A stretch of DNA of 30,230 bases from a virus (taxonomy: Duplodnaviria > Caudoviricetes), in the IMG/VR virus record IMGVR_UViG_3300031953_000079, positions 1 through 30,230 of that record; one strand, 5' to 3'. The translations under genes and the position numbers were made by a program. This document shows, one piece after another, positions 18,204-25,824 of this stretch (its first letter is position 1; every line of letters starts with the position of its first letter). The notes beneath the pieces were generated by a model that searched no databases, was not told the DNA's origin, and saw nothing but the letters and a program-made list of their open reading frames with translations.

Positions 18204-18397
18204 AACTTGTTCACGATTGGAAGCGGGTGTGGCGCTGGCATAGCACCTGGCTTGCGGCCCTCCTTGCCGCGATCCCCGTGGCGTGGGTGGCCATGCCATC
18301 AGACCTGAAGAGCAGCGTCCCCGACGAGTGGCTGCCTGCGATTTCGGGGCTCATGTTCGTTGCGTTTCTCGTCGGGCGGCTGAGGGCGCAGAAATGA
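18200..18397 (+). CDS. Putative holin (2 TM segments)
   Basis: 65 aa; MKLVHDWKRVWRWHS, two hydrophobic segments, C-terminal GRLRAQK; coupled to the endolysin. Confidence 0.75.
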   Translation: MKLVHDWKRVWRWHSTWLAALLAAIPVAWVAMPSDLKSSVPDEWLPAISGLMFVAFLVGRLRAQK

Positions 18398-18684
18398 CCC
18401 GCTGTTCAGTAGTCGATGATCGAATCAATGAGCTGCGCGATGCAGGGGTTGCTGGTTCATTAGCTTACAGAGAGCGCATGGACGGAACGATGGGTGGCAT
18501 CGCGTTCATCTGCCCCTGTGGGTGCGGTCGCGAGGGATATCTGCCCATGAAGGGCAACGGGCATCCTCAAGAGTGGTCTTGGGACGGCAATCGAGACAGC
18601 CCGACAGTCACGCCATCCGTGCAATTTGTCGGCGGTTGTCGATGGCATGGGTGGTTGCGGGCCGGGGAGTGGGTGTCATGTTAA
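18394..18684 (+). CDS. DUF6527-like Cys/His protein
   Basis: FICPCGCG ... WSWDGNRDSPTVTPSV ... CRWHGWLRAGEW; start at ATGA-coupled 18394. Confidence 0.75.
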   Translation: MTRCSVVDDRINELRDAGVAGSLAYRERMDGTMGGIAFICPCGCGREGYLPMKGNGHPQEWSWDGNRDSPTVTPSVQFVGGCRWHGWLRAGEWVSC

Positions 18685-18893
18685 CCCGCATCATCCCAAT
18701 GCTGATTATCCTCGGCATCATCGCAGGATTATCCACCGCGCTTTATTTCAGCATCGCCGAGAACGCAGCTCTGCGCGCCAAACTCGGTGCCTGCAACGCC
18801 ACAATCACAACATCGGAGGACTTCAATGAGGGTGCTAGCAATCCTGACGGCCGCAATTGGCTTGACCGCCTGCGAGGTGCCGCCGCCGACTAA
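18678..18893 (+). CDS. Putative inner-membrane spanin (Rz-like)
   Basis: 71 aa; N-terminal TM (IIPMLIILGIIAGLSTALYF), short coiled coil; overlaps the lipoprotein gene. Confidence 0.7.
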   Translation: MLTRIIPMLIILGIIAGLSTALYFSIAENAALRAKLGACNATITTSEDFNEGASNPDGRNWLDRLRGAAAD

Positions 18894-19029
18894 GGCAGTG
18901 CCGTGCATCGTCCTGACGCCTCGGACGGATGCACTTCGCCGGGGGCTACTGCTGCACCCCGAAACGCCCGAAGCCATTGGCGATCCCGCTGCTGATCTGA
19001 TCCTCGGCACTGAAAAAGTGTGCCGGTGA
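18826..19029 (+). CDS. Putative outer-membrane spanin lipoprotein (Rz1-like)
   Basis: MRVLAILTAAIGLTAC signal with lipobox LTAC, Pro-rich after Cys; GGAGG RBS; starts inside the i-spanin gene. Confidence 0.78.
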   Translation: MRVLAILTAAIGLTACEVPPPTKAVPCIVLTPRTDALRRGLLLHPETPEAIGDPAADLILGTEKVCR

Positions 19030-19070
19030 CACGACTAAAACGCTGAAATCAACCTTAACAGGAGGCCATA

Positions 19071-19544
19071 ATGGCAAACGTAAAAGAAACGTGGCTGACC
19101 GAGACACTTTGTAGTCTCGGCGAAAAAGTGCGGGTAGAGCGCGGGCCGCAGGTGGTGACACTACCCTGCACCGACGAAAACCTGCGCGATGACGTCACGC
19201 ATAATCACTACAAGGTCGGGCGCCGTGACGCCGAAGGCCGGCTCATTCGCCCCGATGATCGCGAGGTTGAACTGGCCGACGACGCGCAGGAGTTGGCGCG
19301 ATTCAAGGCTGCGCGCGAGCAAGATTTCCGCACCCCAATTGGCAAAGGCGAGCCTATGAAGGTTGCCGACTGGGCGGGCGGTCATGCCGTCTGGGTGTGG
19401 AAAATCTACCGCGTCGAAACTGTCTACGCACTCGATGCAGATGGCGCGCCGGTGGAGCGGCAGAAATTCGTCAAGGTTGATGAGGTCGAAGGCAAGGATG
19501 ATGCGCTCGCGCGCGCCCATGAAATCCTGAAAGGGGAAAAGTAA
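19071..19544 (+). CDS. Hypothetical protein, first gene of the post-lysis module
   Basis: 157 aa, charged; strong RBS AGGAGG; TAATG-coupled to the next gene. Confidence 0.8.
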   Translation: MANVKETWLTETLCSLGEKVRVERGPQVVTLPCTDENLRDDVTHNHYKVGRRDAEGRLIRPDDREVELADDAQELARFKAAREQDFRTPIGKGEPMKVADWAGGHAVWVWKIYRVETVYALDADGAPVERQKFVKVDEVEGKDDALARAHEILKGEK

Positions 19545-19909
19545 TGGCTTATCTTAACAGTAATGCGCACGATAACGGTCTCACCTGGCTCGATACCAAT
19601 CTGACGCGTATCGACGTTTGCTCTCAGGAGCCGACGACCTACACGGAAGCGACCAGCACCTACACGCTGGGCACCTCGACCGTGAACACAGGTGCGCCGC
19701 AGGCTGGCAGTCCTGACGGGCGCAAAGTCGCGGTTCCGGCCATCGCAGGGGCGAGCATTACCGGCAGCGGTACCGCATCGCATTGGGCGGGTAGTGATGG
19801 GGCTGCTGTTCTCTGTGCAACGAGCAACCTCTCGGCGGCGCAGGCGCTGACAAGCGGGAACACGTTTGGCCTCGCTGCGATCGACCTCGCATTTCGCGAT
19901 CCGACATAA
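19544..19909 (+). CDS. Putative small virion fibre subunit
   Basis: 121 aa, Thr/Ala/Gly/Ser-rich; GTASHWA ... QALTSGNTF pattern resembling bead-like fibre subunits. Confidence 0.6.
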   Translation: MAYLNSNAHDNGLTWLDTNLTRIDVCSQEPTTYTEATSTYTLGTSTVNTGAPQAGSPDGRKVAVPAIAGASITGSGTASHWAGSDGAAVLCATSNLSAAQALTSGNTFGLAAIDLAFRDPT

Positions 19910-19918
19910 GGAAACGTC

Positions 19919-21151
19919 ATGAGCAATTTCGTGTTTAAGCACTCCAATGGTGCGACGATTAAGGACGGGCTGGACATTCTGCGCGTATCCACCAATGCGG
20001 ACGGTTCGCAGAAAGTCGAAGTCTTTGTTGAATCGTCTGCAGCGTTTTCCGAGATCAACGCATATCCCGTCGCGGCAACCGATCCGGCCCCGGTTCCAGA
20101 TCCCGTCGAGCCGGTGGACCCGGTTCCCGTCGATCCTGCGCCAGTAGACCCCACTCCCGGCACTGCTGCGGATATCAACGGGCCTGCGGAGTTGGCAGCG
20201 GCGCTGGCAGCGGGTAACGGCACTTTCACGCTGGCGGGTGGCGACTATGGCGCGCTGCCGGACATGCCAGACGGCACCACGCTGATCGGCGCAGACCCGG
20301 CCAATAAGCCAACCTTCTCGGCCAGCTTCATCAAGGACCGTGACGGCATCACGCTGGACGGTCTGCACTTCAAGCACACATACGTCAGCGGCGACGGCGA
20401 CAGCAAGAATGTCCTCTACCTCAACGGCGTGACAAACTTTGTCATGCGGAATTGCGAGGTTGAGGGCGACCGAAACGATAATGGGTCGTGCATTGGGCGC
20501 GGTGTTCGCACCTCTGGCGGCGATAACCTTCTGTTCGAGGGTAACGAGATCCATACCGTCTGGAAGGCCATCGGCATTTCGTCAAGCAATGCCACTCTGC
20601 GGGGCAACGATATTCACACTTTCCGCAGTGACGGCATCAACACTGGCGCGGTCGTTAACTTCTTGGCTGAGAGCAACTATATCCACGATGCAGATAGTGT
20701 GGAGGGGGCGAAAGATCACCGGGACAGCATCCAGCTCATGGGTGCCGCCGACGGTATGATTATCCGCAACAACTTCATCGACATTGGGCTGGGCCTCTAC
20801 TCGCAGTCGATCTGGTCGGACGCCAAGAACCGCATGGGCAATATGATCGTGGCCGACAACGTCATCATCAATTCGCACACCAACGGCATCGCCTTGCACA
20901 ATATCGACAACATCGAGGTGACGGGCAATGTGGTGGTCTGGCTGCCGCGCGATGATGCTGCGTCGCAAGGGGTGCAGACGCCCAAGATCAACGTCAATGC
21001 GACATCGCCTAACGTGACCGGCAACACTGCGCCGGGCATCATGTCGCCGTCCGGCGTCGATGCGCAGAACACGATCCAAGACGGCGATCCTGCCGCCACG
21101 CGGGCAGCGGCACGGGCCGATCCCCGCTGGGCGCATTTCTTCGGAGGTTAA
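19919..21151 (+). CDS. Right-handed parallel beta-helix (pectin lyase-like) protein, putative depolymerase or glycan binder
   Basis: 410 aa; Pro/Asp/Val linker then LAGGDYG, ITLDGLHF, NLLFEGNEIH, LRGNDIH, HRDSIQ, IIRNNFI and IEVTGNVV rungs. Confidence 0.85.
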   Translation: MSNFVFKHSNGATIKDGLDILRVSTNADGSQKVEVFVESSAAFSEINAYPVAATDPAPVPDPVEPVDPVPVDPAPVDPTPGTAADINGPAELAAALAAGNGTFTLAGGDYGALPDMPDGTTLIGADPANKPTFSASFIKDRDGITLDGLHFKHTYVSGDGDSKNVLYLNGVTNFVMRNCEVEGDRNDNGSCIGRGVRTSGGDNLLFEGNEIHTVWKAIGISSSNATLRGNDIHTFRSDGINTGAVVNFLAESNYIHDADSVEGAKDHRDSIQLMGAADGMIIRNNFIDIGLGLYSQSIWSDAKNRMGNMIVADNVIINSHTNGIALHNIDNIEVTGNVVVWLPRDDAASQGVQTPKINVNATSPNVTGNTAPGIMSPSGVDAQNTIQDGDPAATRAAARADPRWAHFFGG

Positions 21152-21154
21152 TAC

Positions 21155-22546
21155 ATGGCTATCGTCAAGGTTCAATCCGCTGTTGTCATTTCCAGCACGA
21201 CCAACGCCACGGACTCATACACGTCTGCGGCGTTTAACGTAGGATCTGGTGCTGACAGATTCTTGGCGATCCACATATCCGGCGAGACTTGGGGCCATAA
21301 CGATGGCAGTGCGTCCGTGCTTGCCGTTTCATTTGGCGGGGCAGCGGCCACAGTAGCGGTCACTTCGGGGCAGCGCGGCAGGGCGTGGAGCGCGACAGCG
21401 TATCTTGTTAACCCGGCAACGGGGCTTGGAACCCTGAGTCTGACGACAGGCGGCAACCAAACCGCCATGTCCGTCGCCATCATCGAGTATACCGGCGTGG
21501 ATCAGTCTGCGCCGGTGACATCATCAAAATTCGCTGACAACTTCGGCGGCACGACCCAAAGTATTTCATTCACCACTTCAAACGATGGGGCGGTTATATC
21601 GGGATGCTGTGCCGTTGAGGCGAACGTTACGCCAATCACGGCGGGCGGCACGGCGACCTTATTGCACTCCACCACTACTCCCGGCACCGGCACAGCGGAT
21701 GACGACGGGTCTCAGGGCGTTGCGTATGACACGGTGGCGACTGCCGGAGCGCGGTCATTGTCGTTTAGCTGGGCATCCAGCGCGCGCCACGGGCTGACGG
21801 GGATTGAAATCAAGCCAGCCACGGGCGGTGGTGGAACCAGCCTGACCGCTGACAGCCTTGCCAGCACATCATCGGTCGGCTCTCCGGCGCTGTCACAGGT
21901 TCATGCACTGGCGGGGGCTGGTCTTGCGGCCCTCTCAGTCGTCGGCGCACCTGCCTTGATGCAGGGTCATTCCTTGGCCGGTAGTAGCGTAGTTTCCGCA
22001 TCCAGCGTATCTGCGCCCGCTCTAACGCAGAGTTATAGTCTGACAGGCAGCGGCCTAGTATCCGCGTCGTCGGTTAGCACTCCGGCTCTATCTCAGGTGC
22101 ACAGCCTATCAGGTGCCGATCTGGTGAGCGCAAGCTACGTCTCCTCGCCAAGCATGGGCGGCGGCGTGGCTCTGACGCCTGACGGGCTTGTTTCGGCTTC
22201 CTACGTCAGCGCCCCGGCGATAACGCAAGCGCACAGCCTTTCAGGCGGCACGGTTTCGGCGTCTTTCGCGCTTTCAACGCCGGTTCTGTCGCAGGCTCAC
22301 AGCATCGCGGCGGCGGGCCTTGTGTCTGCGTCAGATGTGGGTGCACCCGCTCTCACTCAAACCCACGCGCTCAGCGGTGCCGGATTGGTGAGCGGTTCCT
22401 ATCTGAGCCAACCCGTTCTGATCGAGGCCGCGCCTGTCGTCTTCACTCCTTCCCCGGAGCGCACACTGATTCTGGGCGCGCAATCACGGCAAGTCGTGAC
22501 CTATGCGCAATCAAGACTAATCAACGCAGCCGTACAGCGCGGCTGA
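21155..22546 (+). CDS. Putative fibre protein: N-terminal beta domain, 9 x 22-aa repeats, short C-terminal repeat tail
   Basis: 463 aa; Ser/Ala/Gly/Thr-rich; RBS GGAGG. Confidence 0.75.
   Translation: MAIVKVQSAVVISSTTNATDSYTSAAFNVGSGADRFLAIHISGETWGHNDGSASVLAVSFGGAAATVAVTSGQRGRAWSATAYLVNPATGLGTLSLTTGGNQTAMSVAIIEYTGVDQSAPVTSSKFADNFGGTTQSISFTTSNDGAVISGCCAVEANVTPITAGGTATLLHSTTTPGTGTADDDGSQGVAYDTVATAGARSLSFSWASSARHGLTGIEIKPATGGGGTSLTADSLASTSSVGSPALSQVHALAGAGLAALSVVGAPALMQGHSLAGSSVVSASSVSAPALTQSYSLTGSGLVSASSVSTPALSQVHSLSGADLVSASYVSSPSMGGGVALTPDGLVSASYVSAPAITQAHSLSGGTVSASFALSTPVLSQAHSIAAAGLVSASDVGAPALTQTHALSGAGLVSGSYLSQPVLIEAAPVVFTPSPERTLILGAQSRQVVTYAQSRLINAAVQRG
21842..22435 (+). repeat. Nine degenerate tandem 66-nt (22-aa) coding repeats
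   Basis: LTADSLASTSSVGSPALSQVHA / LAGAGLAALSVVGAPALMQGHS / LAGSSVVSASSVSAPALTQSYS / LTGSGLVSASSVSTPALSQVHS / ... / LSGAGLVSGSYLSQPVLIEAAP, ungapped with an invariant Pro. Confidence 0.9.
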
Positions 22547-22562
22547 TCCAAGTGAGGGCAAG

Positions 22563-22841
22563 ATGACAAATACATGGCCGAATAAAGATCCTGATGAGGT
22601 TCTAGATTACAGCATTGATTGGAGCGCGCAGATGGCCGCAGATGGCGATACAATCGCATCGGCTGAATGGATCGTACCTGCGGAACTGACAAAGGGCGCC
22701 GAGGTAGTCACCGGAAACATCGTTACCGTATGGCTATCTGGTGGCACGGCCGCACGGTCGCATTTTGTCACCTCGCGCATAACGACCACGGCTGGCCGGG
22801 TAATGGACCGCAGTGCAAGGCTGTTGATCACTAACCTATGA
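22563..22841 (+). CDS. Putative fibre adaptor protein
   Basis: 92 aa; KDPDEVLDYSIDWS ... TVWLSGGT ... RITTTAGRVMDRS pattern of small Ig-like phage fibre adaptors. Confidence 0.7.
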   Translation: MTNTWPNKDPDEVLDYSIDWSAQMAADGDTIASAEWIVPAELTKGAEVVTGNIVTVWLSGGTAARSHFVTSRITTTAGRVMDRSARLLITNL

Positions 22842-22892
22842 TCTAGATCGCGCGCGGCACGTCTATTTGCGGATTAATCAGGAGGTAGTCTG

Positions 22893-23117
22893 ATGTATAT
22901 GCTCATGTTCATAGCAGGTGCGGCCGTCTCTGGCGTCATCGGCTGGATGAAGCTCCGCCGGGCAGAGGCAATGCGCAGCGCTCAGATCACGGGGATATAC
23001 TATGGCTACGGCGCGCCTGACGCAGGCGGCCGTGTTGGCTGGTATCGGGATAACCGTCACGGAAGCCCATACACTGATCCGGATAGCAAGTGGGGCGAGG
23101 CTGGCTCAAGCAGCTAG
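22893..23117 (+). CDS. Small hypothetical protein with an N-terminal TM segment
   Basis: 74 aa; strong RBS AGGAGG; hydrophobic N-terminus. Confidence 0.6.
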   Translation: MYMLMFIAGAAVSGVIGWMKLRRAEAMRSAQITGIYYGYGAPDAGGRVGWYRDNRHGSPYTDPDSKWGEAGSSS

Positions 23118-23359
23118 GTCCGTTGCACGCCGTCAGGCAGCGGCACGATTCGGATGTCGTACTGACCTCGATCCCCACATGTCTGGCATTTGGCCCGGTC
23201 CAGCACGTCAAGCAGCATCGTGTCTGGCCCGCGCTGCGCGGCTATGTGGTCGGGTGATATGCGTCCGGTCGCCCCGCATCGGCATTGGATGCTGATCATT
23301 AACTTCGTGAGTCGCGCGATCGGATAATTTGCCAAGGCGTTTCGGTTGCCAGTGGGCAT
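23114..23359 (-). CDS. Small Zn-ribbon hypothetical protein
   Basis: QCRCG ... KCQTCG; preferred ATG at 23359 with GAGAGGT upstream; stop overlaps the convergent gene at CTAG. Confidence 0.65.
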   Translation of the reverse strand: MPTGNRNALANYPIARLTKLMISIQCRCGATGRISPDHIAAQRGPDTMLLDVLDRAKCQTCGDRGQYDIRIVPLPDGVQRT

Positions 23360-23513
23360 CAGCGCGACCTCTCTGCGATCAAAGGTGCCCTGCAGTAAAT
23401 TCCGTGCAGGGCACAATGGCGAATAATCAAGCAAAATCAGGCGCGTATTTTGGCGATGGTAGGCCCGGCAGGACTTGCACCCGAACGCTCATATTAATGT
23501 GCACTCGCCACCT

Positions 23514-23526
23514 TAAGCCATTGATT
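23514..23526. promoter_or_regulatory. IHF-binding consensus site
   Basis: TAAGCCATTGATT matches YAANNNNTTGATW exactly, inside the att region. Confidence 0.65.
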
Positions 23527-23588
23527 TGTATAAGCGCAATCTGTGGGCAGTTTGGTCGATAAAGCGTTGGGATTGTTGCAAGTCGCGC

Positions 23589-23607
23589 AATCCTCGAGGG
23601 ATCGCCA
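23589..23607 (+). other. att core: tRNA 3'-end fragment (possibly tRNA-Arg)
   Basis: AAT-CCTCG-AGGGATC-G-CCA parses as T-loop end, 5-nt T-stem strand, 7-nt acceptor strand, discriminator and CCA; no 5' tRNA half upstream. Confidence 0.75.
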
Positions 23608-23620
23608 GTGTTTTTGTAAG

Positions 23621-24718
23621 CTACTGCTTTAATGATATATTTTCGGCAAAATGTGCACTGGTTTCAGGCGAGTGGGCACTTTGCGTTCCTGATATGACCC
23701 TGCGCACGTCTGCGCCGCGCCCGTAGTGGTGGGCCTCAAACTCGGAATCATGACCGAGCCATGCCATCCTCTGATCGAGGGTGGCGCCGTTCTCGCGCAT
23801 GATGGCGCCGCGAGATTTACGCAGGCCATGCGCTGTTCTCCCGTCTATCCCCGCCGCTTTCGCGGCGGCGCTGATCCAAGCGCCAAATGCTTTGGATGAT
23901 CTGGCGTGACCGGACGCCGTGACGATCCATGTCATGTGCTTGACCTTCTGCGCCTCGATCGATCTTGCGAGGTGCGGATCCGGCTCGGCCCAGCTGGGGG
24001 CTGTTGCGGTCAGGGGTATCTCGACGCGCCCGCCGGTCTTTTGCTGGGTGTAGGTCAGCCATCCTTCTGGGTCGACCATGCCCCGGCCAAGGGCAACTGC
24101 ATCGCTGCGGCGCGCGCCGGTCCAAAATACCAGCTCCATCGCCAATCGCTGCGGGGTGCTCTCGCCCCAGTGCTTGCGGAACGCCTCGATCTCGGATCGC
24201 GACCATGGCACGTGGCCCGCTGTTTTGGGCGTCTCGCGCGCGGTGACATCGCGGGCGGGGTCGGTATCCAGTAGCCCTGCATTTACCCACCATTTCCCCA
24301 AGGCGCGCCAGACCTTTAGGCGGTTATTCGCAGGGTGTGGCGGCAGCTTGGCAATATCCTTTCTGATGTGGCGGGGAAGCAGGTCGGCCAGTTTCCCCGT
24401 TCCATAATCCTCCTCCAGCTTTGCCATGATTCGTGTCCAGCCTTCGCGCGTAGATTTGGCGCGTGTCAGGTAGTGGTCAGACGCCATAAAGGATCTGATG
24501 CCTGCGCCGATCGTGCCGGTGCTGTGTCTTGGGCCTGGCTGAGCGCGATCGCCAAATTGCTTTGCGATTGCCGCATACTGCGCAAGAAACTCTGGGTGGT
24601 TCGGTGGAAAGTCGGGCAGCGGAATACGCTTTCCCGCGCGGCGGTAGTAGTACCTCGCGTTGGTGCTGGGGAAGCGGCCGTTCGCCATGAGATACTTCAA
24701 CCGAATATCCTGTCGCAT
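23621..24718 (-). CDS. int: Tyrosine integrase
   Basis: 365 aa; catalytic R (TGARRSD), K (QQKTG), HGLR, LGH and Y (HHYGR); N-terminal arm-binding RYYYRR. Confidence 0.96.
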   Translation of the reverse strand: MRQDIRLKYLMANGRFPSTNARYYYRRAGKRIPLPDFPPNHPEFLAQYAAIAKQFGDRAQPGPRHSTGTIGAGIRSFMASDHYLTRAKSTREGWTRIMAKLEEDYGTGKLADLLPRHIRKDIAKLPPHPANNRLKVWRALGKWWVNAGLLDTDPARDVTARETPKTAGHVPWSRSEIEAFRKHWGESTPQRLAMELVFWTGARRSDAVALGRGMVDPEGWLTYTQQKTGGRVEIPLTATAPSWAEPDPHLARSIEAQKVKHMTWIVTASGHARSSKAFGAWISAAAKAAGIDGRTAHGLRKSRGAIMRENGATLDQRMAWLGHDSEFEAHHYGRGADVRRVISGTQSAHSPETSAHFAENISLKQ

Positions 24719-24915
24719 GAATTCTCCTTCGCGGGCCCATCATAGGGCAGCGCGTCGGCATATGCGTCAAGGTCGGACTTGTCATAGACCCGCTTCGCCC
24801 CCAGCGCCCTGCGGGGGATCGATAGCTGCCGCAAGGTGCTGACCGACACGCCAAGATAATGCGCGGCGGCTGGCGCTGGCATCAGGCGTGGGGGGAAGTC
24901 GCGGGCGGCGGGCAT
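24697..24915 (-). CDS. Excisionase-like HTH DNA-binding protein
   Basis: 72 aa; PRLMPAPAAAHYLGVSVSTL ... RVYDKSDLDAY; overlaps the integrase start. Confidence 0.8.
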   Translation of the reverse strand: MPAARDFPPRLMPAPAAAHYLGVSVSTLRQLSIPRRALGAKRVYDKSDLDAYADALPYDGPAKENSCDRIFG

Positions 24916-24917
24916 GG

Positions 24918-25529
24918 TTAATCGGCCTCCGGCTTGGGTGCCTGTTCGTCGATAAGCGTAATTCTATAGCCGAGAGCCTTAAGCGGACCGATCAATTCAG
25001 CTGGTGAAATGTGTTTGGCGCCGATGACAATTTTACGCGCAGAGATGTCGACGATAACGCCATCTATCCGCTTTTGGTGGCGCTTTGGTCCCAGCATCTC
25101 GCGCTGCTCTTGCAGCGAACGCAGCCCCTTAGGGCCAAACACGCGATCAATGGCGGATTGGCTGAGCTGGGCAATACTGCGGTCGGTTACGATCTCTTCG
25201 CCTTCTGGTGTCATTTCTACTACTTGCACGGGACGGTTTTTTGCCACCTCAGTTTGCTGATTGACTGGCAGTCGCCCGAGGGCGCGAACAAGATTGCGAT
25301 TACCACCTACAGCAAGAATGGCTTCGGCAGACAAGTTGCCCGCTGCGATGCCTTTGAAGAACCGCAGAATATTGGACTGCATAAGGGGATGTTTCTCGCC
25401 TCGACGCCGCAGCTCCACCAACAGAATGGCAGCGCGTTCCATCCACTCGGATGTGTCTCTGATTATCTGATCAAGCTCTGCGCGGATGCCTTCGGTGCTA
25501 ACGTTGTTCAGTTGATTATTCGGACTCAT
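24918..25529 (-). CDS. Hypothetical protein
   Basis: 203-aa ORF tiling the - strand operon; no motif recognised. Confidence 0.75.
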   Translation of the reverse strand: MSPNNQLNNVSTEGIRAELDQIIRDTSEWMERAAILLVELRRRGEKHPLMQSNILRFFKGIAAGNLSAEAILAVGGNRNLVRALGRLPVNQQTEVAKNRPVQVVEMTPEGEEIVTDRSIAQLSQSAIDRVFGPKGLRSLQEQREMLGPKRHQKRIDGVIVDISARKIVIGAKHISPAELIGPLKALGYRITLIDEQAPKPEAD

Positions 25530-25821
25530 TATTCATGATCCTTGCAATTAGTAGGTTCCCGATTTGACGTTGTGCCTGCTTACTCCTCATCCAAACCATG
25601 TCGGCAGTTCGGTTTGGATTGTTTTCACGATATTTTTGATGGCGTGAAGCGTCATATTTTTGATTTTTAACGTACCAATCTTTAAAGGTGTTTGGATTTG
25701 CTTTTCGATAGGCTGCGGCTTTTGCCCTTCTTGTTGAGCGATGACATTCTGTGGAGCATACTTTTTGATTGCCGTGACTGGCCTCAAACGCGCTGCCGCA
25801 ATGCTTACATTTCCGCTGCAT
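25516..25821 (-). CDS. Basic Zn-finger-like hypothetical protein, low GC
   Basis: CKHCG ... VCSTEC followed by Lys/Arg/Asn-rich YRKANP and YRENNP helices. Confidence 0.7.
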   Translation of the reverse strand: MQRKCKHCGSAFEASHGNQKVCSTECHRSTRRAKAAAYRKANPNTFKDWYVKNQKYDASRHQKYRENNPNRTADMVWMRSKQAQRQIGNLLIARIMNNESE

Positions 25822-25824
25822 ATC

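Larger units (their letters stand above)
23496..23680. other. Putative attP region (core, arm-type repeats, IHF site)
   Basis: AATGTGCACT at 23496-23505 and 23650-23659; variants TGTGGGCAGT 23542-23551 and AGTGGGCACT 23671-23680; flanks a tRNA-like core next to the integrase 3' end. Confidence 0.75.

Noticed and set aside
21842-22435. CRISPR array or DGR template/variable repeat
   Set aside because: Repeats are in-frame, degenerate coding units without spacers; no cas or reverse transcriptase gene and no adenine-specific variant pair was seen in the window
23440-23520. LexA (GTTC-N7-GTTC) or CtrA (TTAA-N7-TTAA) box near att
   Set aside because: Only half sites are present; the two TTAA motifs are 15 nt apart, not 7
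23535-23607. Complete tRNA gene
   Set aside because: Only the 3' 19 nt fit; no matching acceptor 5' strand, D-arm or GGTTC upstream, so it is treated as an att core
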